Under the pieces are notes generated by a model. That model saw only the letters and a list, made by a program, of their open reading frames with translations, did no database searches and was not told where the DNA came from. Shown in pieces: positions 16,901-27,381 of a stretch of DNA of 51,226 bases. Source of the DNA: an uncultured Candidatus Saccharibacteria bacterium (GTDB lineage: Bacteria > Patescibacteriota > Minisyncoccia > UBA6257 > 2-01-FULL-56-20); assembly GCA_964555255.1 (NCBI GenBank), contig CAZKRG010000001.1, positions 1 through 51,226 of the forward strand. The letters are read 5' to 3'. Within the stretch, counting starts at the first letter, position 1. Each line of letters starts with the position of its first letter. The position numbers were made by a program, and so were the translations under genes.

Positions 16901-17100
16901 CGCGGGTGATGGGATTTGAACCCATGGCCTTCCCTCGCGATCCCGCACCAAATGTACTTACTGCGGGTCCGACCGGATTTGAACCGGCGATCTTCCCCGT
17001 GACAGGGGGACGTGTTAAACCGGGCTACACCACGGACCCATTTGTATTTGGTGCGGGACGGGGCAGGGGGACGCTCTAGACCGGACTGAGCTACGCCCGC
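16901..17100 (-). other. Split tRNA-like gene (5' half 17100-17059, 3' half 16940-16901) enclosing tRNA-Asp
   Basis: 5' half GCGGGCG TA GCTC AGTCCGGTCTA GAGC G TCCCC CTG...; 3' half ...AGGGA AGGCC ATGGG TTCAAAT CCCAT CACCCGC G. The inner ends carry a 13-nt perfect complement, TCCCGCACCAAAT/ATTTGGTGCGGGA (plus-strand 16941-16953 and 17046-17058). Confidence 0.4.
16964..17039 (-). tRNA. tRNA-Asp (anticodon GTC)
   Basis: GGGTCCG TG GTGT AGCCCGGTTTA ACAC G TCCCC CTGTCAC GGGGA AGATC GCCGG TTCAAAT CCGGT CGGACCC G. All stems pair. G73 fits Asp identity. Confidence 0.92.
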
Positions 17101-17231
17101 AAACGAGAAGCGGGGATGAATACGGAAGTATTCATATTTGCTTCAAGTGCAGCGGGCGAAAACTTTGTTTACACCCGCAGGCATCCACTAGTATACGGAA
17201 CCTTAAAACACTTTTCAATATTTCCTCGCAA

Positions 17232-17281
17232 TCCCACTACTCCATTAATTTGCCGATCGGCAAATTAATGGAGTAGTGGGA
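17232..17281. repeat. Perfect 50-bp palindrome (25-bp arms, no spacer)
   Basis: tcccactactccattaatttgccga|tcggcaaattaatggagtagtggga. Lies 14 nt downstream of the ligA stop. No U-tract on either strand after the hairpin. Confidence 0.9.
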
Positions 17282-17294
17282 AAAAGCAGGGAAA

Positions 17295-19878
<2,584 letters not shown>

Positions 19879-19882
<4 letters not shown>

Positions 19883-20886
19883 TTGAAGATATTTTGTACC
19901 GTACACACTCTTTGCTGGTTCACGAGAACCGAATCGTAGGTAGGAGGAGTAGCGTTCTCCCCGCGCGGGGGAGTAGTTTCTCCACAAGCTCGCGCAAAAC
20001 TCTTATTGTAAAACGTGGTCGGAAGTTCATCCACACAGTATTGTCCTTCAGCCATGTTAAAAACTGTTCCTTTGATATCTCCCCCGAAAAGACAAATATC
20101 CGCGTCCGCATTGGCAGTATAGTAATTTTTACATACCCCTTTATTAGTAAGGTAATCTCGATCCTTGCTGATTTCGCTCTGTTGATCTATCAGAGAAAGC
20201 GGATTCCCATTTTTATCTCGAAGAGACGCCACGTAATTCTCAAGGGTAAGGCAGGGACGAACGCGACGCCCCATAATGGTCAAAACGAACGCATCAGGAG
20301 TGGCAGTTCCCCCCGAAACAAATTTTTGTACTACAACCGTGGGGGGAATATCATCAATCAACCGGGCGCTTACCGTAGTTTGAAACTGAATAATATCCTG
20401 AGTAATCGCGGGATCTGACGAATTTGGTGCGGCTTTGAGCGCAAGAGTGACCCGAGGTGGATATCCATCGTTCAAAGGGCTACTCCCCTGCACCAGAAGA
20501 AAACTGGCATTCACGATCAAAACATTATCGCTTGTGATCTTTTTTTCCGATCCTCCAACCGCCCGCCAAAGCGCCTGATCATGCCACAAATAAGTAACAC
20601 TCTCCTGTCGAGCATTGGTAAATTGCAGGGTGGAAGGTCCCGAAGGATTCGAGAATTCCCCCCCCGTACGAACCTCCCGTGCAAAAATCTCGAGCGCCTG
20701 ATTCAAACTAGTATTTACAGAAAGTAATGATTGCGTTTGCCGTTGAAGCCGAAGCGCGCGCGTAAATCCACCCACCGCAATTGTTACAACCACGCTGAAG
20801 AGCGCAATTGAAATAAGCAGCTCAATAATAGTGAACCCTTCTCGGCGACGCGAATTGAAAATTGAATGCTTCATCTCCGTCGCCAA
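19879..20886 (-). CDS. Type IV minor pilin/pseudopilin (PilW-like)
   Basis: Prepilin N-terminus MKHSIFNSRRREG|FTIIELLISIALFSVV, with G/F cleavage and E+5. Confidence 0.7.
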
Positions 20887-21485
20887 TTAAAAAAACGATC
20901 CTCGACCGTGGCGCTAAAAGTGCCCCCTCCTCGCGTCACCCACCTTACAAGAGATTCCACCTTAATTTCGTCGGGGTTCCCGATTGGGTTACTAGAACTC
21001 TTGCTCGGATTCGGAGTGACAGTAATTTTCCGGGTAAAAATAGTAGGCGTTCCTCCGTTCGCATATCCATAATGCCCAGTACTGTCAAGTAAAAGATATC
21101 TCCCCTGATACGAATTTCCAGCAGTGAAAACTGCCCCTGGACATTCATTTGCACTCCGCACCGCAAAGTAGGATGTCCAATCAGCTTCATACGATCCCTC
21201 ACTTTGAAAACCACTATTCCATACGCAATTTTGATTGAAATTCTGCAGGAATGCAATATTCGCATCCACCACATTTTTTACCAGTTCCACTCCCTCCAAC
21301 GCCAAGTAGTTCCCAACATAAGAATCCGCAACCACCCGGTTTAAACTCAAGGATTTGGCGAGAAGAGTAATCATTCCTAGAAAAGAGAACACCAGCACCC
21401 CCAATGCGATCATAGCTTCCACAATGTAGAACCCATGACGTTGAGTGGGAAGTGGGAAATGGGAAATGGGAAATACTCGATGCAT
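20871..21485 (-). CDS. Type IV minor pilin/pseudopilin (PilV-like)
   Basis: Leader MHRVFPISHFPLPTQRHG|FYIVEAMIALGVLVF. The leader contains a 4x heptanucleotide repeat. Confidence 0.7.
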   Translation of the reverse strand: MHRVFPISHFPLPTQRHGFYIVEAMIALGVLVFSFLGMITLLAKSLSLNRVVADSYVGNYLALEGVELVKNVVDANIAFLQNFNQNCVWNSGFQSEGSYEADWTSYFAVRSANECPGAVFTAGNSYQGRYLLLDSTGHYGYANGGTPTIFTRKITVTPNPSKSSSNPIGNPDEIKVESLVRWVTRGGGTFSATVEDRFFNWRRR

Positions 21486-21530
21486 ACAGTTATATTATAA
21501 CCCTCTTCGCAAGACGAAGGCATGCCGAGT

Positions 21531-22154
21531 TTAAAAACTGACCTCTCCTCCCGACGTCACCGTCACCGTCCCCGTCGCGTTCCCCTGTATGGTTTGGAGA
21601 CTCACCAACCCCCGATCACCGGCAACCCTCGCACCGTCCGCCCACACGAGCGTGGTAGGGTCCGGGGTAAGGAAAAATACCATGTCGAGCCGCGGAGAAG
21701 GGGAAGGGGAAACAAAACGCACTCCCTCTTCCAAAGTAAGGGATTCCATTTGTTGATAATTATTCGCATTCGTTACGTCAAGACGCTGGCTGCCGGCTCG
21801 CAAGGCACTACAAGGCGACTGCGCTCCCGATGGGGAAGCAGGTAAGGAGTAGGAAAAAAGATAGAGAGGGGAACCAGAAGCGGAATAATCAATCCACACT
21901 CCGTATCCGCACGGCCGGCTCAAGTTGCTTCGTAAGCGAGTGGATAATGTGAGCGCCTTCGCTTTTAGGATAAACTGCCCCACTTCCACCCGCTCGATAG
22001 AAAGCGCGGTCGTATATTGGCTCACGAGAGAATATTGCAGCGCAAACGCCGAAAGAATAATAGAAACTGACACTACTACTAATATTTCGACGAGAGTAAA
22101 CCCTCCATGCCGAGTGGAAGGTGGGAAGCGAGGAGAGAGAAGGAATCGGAACAT
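21531..22154 (-). CDS. Type IV minor pilin/pseudopilin (GspH/FimT-like)
   Basis: Leader MFRFLLSPRFPPSTRHGG|FTLVEILVVVSVSII. Confidence 0.7.
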   Translation of the reverse strand: MFRFLLSPRFPPSTRHGGFTLVEILVVVSVSIILSAFALQYSLVSQYTTALSIERVEVGQFILKAKALTLSTRLRSNLSRPCGYGVWIDYSASGSPLYLFSYSLPASPSGAQSPCSALRAGSQRLDVTNANNYQQMESLTLEEGVRFVSPSPSPRLDMVFFLTPDPTTLVWADGARVAGDRGLVSLQTIQGNATGTVTVTSGGEVSF

Positions 22155-22196
22155 ACATATAGTATATCTTCTTTATAAAAAATCCGAGAAGGGGGA

Positions 22197-23072
22197 CTAT
22201 CCAAGAAACACTCCCAAATACCACCGGATGAACTCAAATCCGCCGAAAAACACAAAGGTACTCGCTAGCGCGAGGAACGGCCCAAATGCCAATGAACTCT
22301 TTAAAGTTTTCCTTCCCCACGCCATCCCCGCGACCCCCGCAAGTGCCCCGAACACAAACGCAACTCCAAGAAGTACGACAATGTCCGGCCAGCTGAAGAG
22401 CAACCCTAATGCCGCCGCCAACTTTACATCTCCCATACCCATCCCCCGTCCACGACTCACTATAAAAATAAATCCTGTGAGCGCTCCCCCTATAAATAAC
22501 CCTGCCAACTTATTCACCCACACGACGGGCGATAGCCAAAAAAGAAGTCCGTACGACCCGAGAAATGATTCGCCAGTCGCTCCCGAGGGGAAAATAATCA
22601 ACAACGCAAGAGCTGCAACGCAAAGGAGAACAATGTGAATTTCATCGGGAATAATCCGGAGGCGGAAGTCGATTGCGGCCATAAGGAGGAGAAGAAGGAA
22701 CACAATTATCCAAAGCGCCGAGAGCTCCACGAGCGGTAGAGGAGTAAGAAAAGGAAAAAGAAAATGAAGACGGATCGGCACGAACAAAAATAAAAGGCCA
22801 GCAAGAAGCTCCACGAGCGGATACTGCACACTCAACCTCGCGCGGCACGCCCGACACCTCCCCCGCTGGACAACATAGCTCACCACCGGGATAAGCTCAT
22901 ACCACCGGAGCGCTTTCCCGCAATGTATACACCGCGATCGTCGGGACGCTCGTCTTGGAACCAACCCAAGCGCCTCTCGGGAAAAAAGAAACCTGTCAGA
23001 ATCGTAGCGAAACGCAAGCACATTGAGGAAACTTCCCACCGCGAGGCCAAATATGAATAAAATAAACTCCAT
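22197..23072 (-). CDS. pilD: Prepilin peptidase / N-methyltransferase (A24 family)
   Basis: 291 aa. N-terminal GSFLNVLAFRY, Cys cluster CIHCGKAL...CRACRARL, multi-TM with the GMGMGDVKL aspartyl protease motif. Confidence 0.9.
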   Translation of the reverse strand: MEFILFIFGLAVGSFLNVLAFRYDSDRFLFSREALGLVPRRASRRSRCIHCGKALRWYELIPVVSYVVQRGRCRACRARLSVQYPLVELLAGLLFLFVPIRLHFLFPFLTPLPLVELSALWIIVFLLLLLMAAIDFRLRIIPDEIHIVLLCVAALALLIIFPSGATGESFLGSYGLLFWLSPVVWVNKLAGLFIGGALTGFIFIVSRGRGMGMGDVKLAAALGLLFSWPDIVVLLGVAFVFGALAGVAGMAWGRKTLKSSLAFGPFLALASTFVFFGGFEFIRWYLGVFLG

Positions 23073-23082
23073 TGCGGAGCCG

Positions 23083-23382
23083 TTATTTCACGATACTATT
23101 TTTCTTCTCCAGACGATTCACGCGCGAATAAAGTGCATGAATGTCCACTTCCATGAGAGAAACAACTCTCGCAAGCGGACCGAGAATGCTTTTTACTTCC
23201 CGAATTTCAAATTCCAATACATCCAAACGATAATCTACCCCATCAAGCCGACCGTCTATCCCATTAAGCCGTTCGTCTATACCCTTAAAGTGCACATCAT
23301 TTTCCGCAAACCCACGTTGCACCATGCGCGAAAGCTGTTCCATTGTAACATCTTGTCTTTGAACCACAAAGAGAGCATACAT
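23083..23382 (-). CDS. Small coiled-coil protein, unknown function
   Basis: 99 aa. Contains three tandem 7-aa (21-nt) units GIDERLN/GIDGRLD/GVDYRLD. Sits between pilD and the IS200-like remnant. Confidence 0.45.
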   Translation of the reverse strand: MYALFVVQRQDVTMEQLSRMVQRGFAENDVHFKGIDERLNGIDGRLDGVDYRLDVLEFEIREVKSILGPLARVVSLMEVDIHALYSRVNRLEKKNSIVK

Positions 23383-23553
23383 CCTCCACCCTCACTGTCA
23401 AACTTCTCTCTCTAAATTTCTCCCAACTTGCTCTTGTAAGAAAAGTAAGGATCATAGCGAAACACAAGCATATTCAAAAACTCTCGAACGAAGGTCAAAC
23501 CAAAAATAAAGAGAATTGCGGTAAACACAAAAATAATAATAACTTAATAAACC

Positions 23554-23996
23554 ACTCCGCACTGAAAGTGCGGAGTATTCTTTGTGGCGGCTCATATCTG
23601 CTCGTTCGGATGGAATCCGAACTAGCTCATCACAATAAACGTTTTGTCCTCGTCCTCCTCCTTCTTGCCTTGTTCCTCTATATAGTATTTGGCGATGGTG
23701 CTCTCGGTGATAGTTCCGGTGGTGCAGCAGAAATACCCGATCTGCCACATATACTGTCCCCAGAAGGTCTTCCCAAGTTTGAGGAACTCCATCTGGAGTT
23801 TGCGGGAGGATTCCCCCTTGAGATGCTGGACGATCCTGCTCACAGCAATGTACGGTGGTATTTCGAGGAGCATATGCACATGGTCGGAACCAATAGCGCC
23901 TTTCAAGATGTCCGCTTTCTCGGTGCTGCAGATTTGCCGGAGGATGTCGCGGAGTCGCTGGGCAATAACCCACCCGCCGAAAGGCGGGTGGGTTAT
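23554..23996 (-). mobile_element. IS200/IS605-family (Y1 HUH transposase) remnant with subterminal hairpins
   Basis: Perfect 14-bp stem ataacccacccgcc-gaaa-ggcgggtgggttat (23965-23996) and 9-bp stem actccgcac-tgaaa-gtgcggagt (23554-23576) bracket a tnpA fragment. Confidence 0.65.
23622..23992 (-). pseudogene. tnpA: IS200-like TnpA lacking its N-terminal ~30-40 residues
   Basis: ...IAQRLRDILRQICSTEKADILKGAIGSDHVHMLLEIPPYIAVSRIVQHLKGESSRKL...WGQYMWQIGYFCCTTG...YYIEEQ has the HUH motif and a C-terminal Tyr region. An in-frame TAA at 23993-23995 sits inside the hairpin and no ATG lies upstream. Confidence 0.65.
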
Positions 23997-24023
23997 ACAA
24001 CATACAAGAAAGCAAGAACACTC

Positions 24024-24512
24024 TTAAAGAGTCACACAATACTTTACACCAGTACCATTACCTCCAGTACCATCACTGCCACTATTACACTTAGTAACAA
24101 CCGAATCCGTGTAACTACTCTTGAGGAGTGGGCTATTGGCATCTTCAAGATAGGCTTCTAAAACATATTGAGATCCATCTGAATTGAGATAATACCAATA
24201 GCTGGATCCTGAAGTTGGATCGGACGGCACCTGATAAATACCTATATTCGCATTCGTAAGGATCGAACCAAGACCGTTAGCTCCACTCACAGTTATTGAA
24301 CTGTTCCTCGCACCCGGATACGCACCAGTCTTGTTATAATACAAGGCAATCCCATTCTGAAGATTCCGTAAGTCCGCAACTCGCCGCGCATCACGCCCCG
24401 CACGCTGTGTAGGCCCAAGCCCCACCAAGATGACCGAGGCCAAAATACCAATGATGGCGACCACGATCAAAAGTTCGATGAGTGTAAACCCCTTCTTCGA
24501 TAATAATTGCAT
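24024..24512 (-). CDS. Type IV major pilin
   Basis: Start set at ATG 24512: MQLLSKKG|FTLIELLIVVAIIGILASV is a canonical class III signal peptide. 162 aa. Confidence 0.8.
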   Translation of the reverse strand: MQLLSKKGFTLIELLIVVAIIGILASVILVGLGPTQRAGRDARRVADLRNLQNGIALYYNKTGAYPGARNSSITVSGANGLGSILTNANIGIYQVPSDPTSGSSYWYYLNSDGSQYVLEAYLEDANSPLLKSSYTDSVVTKCNSGSDGTGGNGTGVKYCVTL

Positions 24513-24610
24513 AATCTGAGTATACCACACTCGACCTTTCCTGATTGCTACAATTATAGCATAAATACCATACGCCAATGTGGATAACCCCTCACTAGAA
24601 ATAGCCAAAT

Positions 24611-25822
24611 TTAGCCGAATGAAGTGGTGAGTTGGTAAAGCGGCATAAGAATGGACGCGAAGAGAAATCCCACAAGGATACCGATACCCGCAATCATGAG
24701 CGGTTGGATTAAATTCACAATGTTATTGATCGCATCATCCGCCTCTCGTTCATAAAACGTGGCAATGCGTCCAAACATCTGGCTCAACTGTCCGCTCGCT
24801 TCCCCTACCGCCACCATTTGGGAAATAAGCGACGGGAAATAATCGGGGTACCGCGCAATGGTTTGCGACATCGTTTCTCCCCCGCGCACCCCCTCCGAAA
24901 CTTCATGGAGAAGATCTTCGTAGAGCGCGTTCGACACCACATGACTCACAATTTCTAACGCCTGTGCCACAGGAATACCTCCCTTCAAAAGCAGCGATAT
25001 AGTATACGAAAATCGCGAGAGCACGATGGGGAGATAAATCCGGTTCACGAATGGCAGCCTCACTTTAGCATCATCCAAAATCGCGCGTCCCTCTGGAGAG
25101 CGAAAGTAATCCACTCCCATGAGCGTTGCAAATACTCCGCCAAGCAAAACAAGAGGCCACCATACTCCAAAGAAATCCCCTGCCCCGAGAAGGATTTTTG
25201 TAAGGATCGGCAAGTCAACCTTAGAGTTTTGGAAAATTGGTTTGATTTGGGGAAATACAAACGTAACCAGAATGAATGCCACAACAATGAAAAGTCCCAC
25301 AATGAGCGCCGGATAGGTAAGTGCACTCAAGGTCTTACTGATAAGCAAATCTTCTTTCTCGGTATAGTCGGCAAGAAATTGCATCACCTCCTCGAGTTTC
25401 CCGGTAGTCTCCGACGCCCGCACCATCGCCACATAAAATTCCGAGAATATCTCCCCGCGGCGCTCCATCGCTTGTGAAAAAGGCAGCCCGGAATCTATGT
25501 CTTCCGCCACTGCAAATACCGCTTCCTTGAGCGCAGGATTCGCCGTTTGCTTCTGAAGGTTACGCAGTGCCGCCGCCAAAGGGATCCGCGCTTCGAGAAG
25601 AGTTGAAAGCTGGCGAAAAAAAATCACTTTATCCTTCCGCCGCACACGATTAAAATATGCCAAGAAACGATCAGTCCAGCTCTTCCCTTGCGCCGAAGTG
25701 ATGCTTAAAACAAAAAGATTATGGCTCGAAAGGATAGCAACGGCGGCTTCCCGGTTAGGGGCTTCCACAAATCCCACCTGATCCTCTCCTTCCTTGGTTT
25801 TTGCCTGATATTTAAACTTCAT
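24611..25822 (-). CDS. pilC: Type IV pilus platform protein PilC (GspF family)
   Basis: 403 aa with two GspF-type repeats (FFRQLSTLLEARIPL..., FSYTISLLLKGGIPV...) and 3 TM segments. Confidence 0.9.
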   Translation of the reverse strand: MKFKYQAKTKEGEDQVGFVEAPNREAAVAILSSHNLFVLSITSAQGKSWTDRFLAYFNRVRRKDKVIFFRQLSTLLEARIPLAAALRNLQKQTANPALKEAVFAVAEDIDSGLPFSQAMERRGEIFSEFYVAMVRASETTGKLEEVMQFLADYTEKEDLLISKTLSALTYPALIVGLFIVVAFILVTFVFPQIKPIFQNSKVDLPILTKILLGAGDFFGVWWPLVLLGGVFATLMGVDYFRSPEGRAILDDAKVRLPFVNRIYLPIVLSRFSYTISLLLKGGIPVAQALEIVSHVVSNALYEDLLHEVSEGVRGGETMSQTIARYPDYFPSLISQMVAVGEASGQLSQMFGRIATFYEREADDAINNIVNLIQPLMIAGIGILVGFLFASILMPLYQLTTSFG

Positions 25823-25872
25823 AATACCAATATACTAATTGTACCAATGATACGAATAATACAAATAAAGAG

Positions 25873-26283
25873 TTATGCGAACTTGGAACGCGATGCAGTA
25901 TCGATACGCACGACACGCACGGGTTTTATATACTTATTCCGAAAATTAACGAGAAACCCCAGCTTTAACTCGGTCACTTGCAGGTAATGCCGGATCTGAA
26001 AATAATCTTCTTTAGTAACGAACCGTTTTGCCTTTGTTTCTAAAACAATTTTGTCGTCTATTAAAAAATCAGTTGTGTTGCCAATGCCTGCAATGGAAAA
26101 TTCTCTTTGATAAGGAACTCTCGATTCTTGCAACTTCCTTTCAAGGGCATCGCAATACTGCTTTTCTCGGGCGAATCCACCTTCATCATTCTGAACCGTA
26201 AAACACATACCGGTGACGAGATGCGACAATTCCGGATATGTTATTTTGTTCTTATTCGTATTATTTGTAACATTCGCATACAT
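25873..26283 (-). CDS. GxxExxY family protein (PD-(D/E)xK-like)
   Basis: 136 aa. GGFAREKQYCDALERKL (G-x2-E-x2-Y), DFLIDDKIVLETKA, LGFLVNF. Inserted between pilC and pilT. Confidence 0.75.
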   Translation of the reverse strand: MYANVTNNTNKNKITYPELSHLVTGMCFTVQNDEGGFAREKQYCDALERKLQESRVPYQREFSIAGIGNTTDFLIDDKIVLETKAKRFVTKEDYFQIRHYLQVTELKLGFLVNFRNKYIKPVRVVRIDTASRSKFA

Positions 26284-26296
26284 TCGTATATTGGTA

Positions 26297-27370
26297 TCAC
26301 AGTCGCTCCAAAAGTATCCGCAACTCCGCCGGATTTAGAGAATACAACTCCGCATTTTCGAGGGAAATTTCTTTGCTTTTCACGAGGAGCGCAAGCGACC
26401 GGTTCAGCGTAATCATCCCCTCCTGAAGACTTGTCTCAATCACGAGATCGATCTGATATACTTTCCGTTCGCGGATAAGGTTCCGGATCGCAGGATTCAC
26501 CAACATGATTTCGTTCGCTGGAATTCTGCCTCCGGAAGTTCTCGGCAAAAGCCGCTGAGAAACGATTGCCACGAGTGTAGCAGCGAGCTGCGAAATGACT
26601 TGTCCCTGCTGCTCCGCGGGGAATGTGTCGATAATGCGGTCAATGGTCTGCGAGGCGGAGTTGGTGTGGAGCGTAGAAAACACAAGGTGTCCCGTCTCCG
26701 CTGCGGTCATTGCAGTTGCAATGGAAGCTGCATCGCGCATTTCTCCAATCATAATAACGTCAGGATCCTGCCGAAGCACAGTGCGCAAGGCATCGTGGAA
26801 AGTTGACGTATCACTCCCCACCTCTCGCTGGGAAATGATGCTCTTGTCCTGCGTAAAAAGATATTCAATCGGATCTTCGACGGTGATAAGGTGATCGGCC
26901 CGAGTATGATTCACCTCATCTAAAAGTGCTGCGAGCGTGGTAGATTTTCCATGTCCTGCGGGGCCTACCACCAGCACAAATCCCTGTGAGAGCTTTGGGA
27001 ACTCATGTAAAATCGGCGGAAGATTTAATTCTTCGAGCGTCCGGATCCGTGCGGGAATAACACGCAACGCCGCCGCGGCATACCCTCGCTGATAATATAC
27101 ATTCACCCGGAACCGTACCTTGTCTTCGAGATTGTATGCAAAGTCAAGTTGCCGTTCTTTTTCGAACCGCGCTTTCTGTTCCGATGTGAGAAGTACTGTA
27201 ACCAACCCCTCTGCCGCTTCCGGCGTCATAATCTGTTCTTTTTGTAACGGAACAAGTACCCCGTCTATCCGGAGCGTAGGCCTCCTCCCCACGGCCAAAT
27301 GCAAATCCGACGCATTCTGTTGGGCAGCCGCGACGAGTAATTCTTTAAGTTGTACTCGATAATCCATCAC
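26297..27370 (-). CDS. pilT: Twitching-motility retraction ATPase PilT
   Basis: 357 aa. Walker A GPAGHGKST, Asp box, Walker B VIMIGEMRD, His box TGHLVFSTLHT. Confidence 0.92.
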   Translation of the reverse strand: MMDYRVQLKELLVAAAQQNASDLHLAVGRRPTLRIDGVLVPLQKEQIMTPEAAEGLVTVLLTSEQKARFEKERQLDFAYNLEDKVRFRVNVYYQRGYAAAALRVIPARIRTLEELNLPPILHEFPKLSQGFVLVVGPAGHGKSTTLAALLDEVNHTRADHLITVEDPIEYLFTQDKSIISQREVGSDTSTFHDALRTVLRQDPDVIMIGEMRDAASIATAMTAAETGHLVFSTLHTNSASQTIDRIIDTFPAEQQGQVISQLAATLVAIVSQRLLPRTSGGRIPANEIMLVNPAIRNLIRERKVYQIDLVIETSLQEGMITLNRSLALLVKSKEISLENAELYSLNPAELRILLERL

Positions 27371-27381
27371 TCACTATTCTA

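Noticed and set aside
16941-17058. Archaeal-type bulge-helix-bulge intron interpretation of the split tRNA
   Set aside because: I tried to fit 3-nt bulge / 4-bp helix / 3-nt bulge geometry between the anticodon stem and the 13-bp helix. Every register leaves a C/A mismatch in the central helix, and no 7-nt anticodon loop can be reconstituted cleanly. The nesting observation is kept, but BHB splicing is not claimed.
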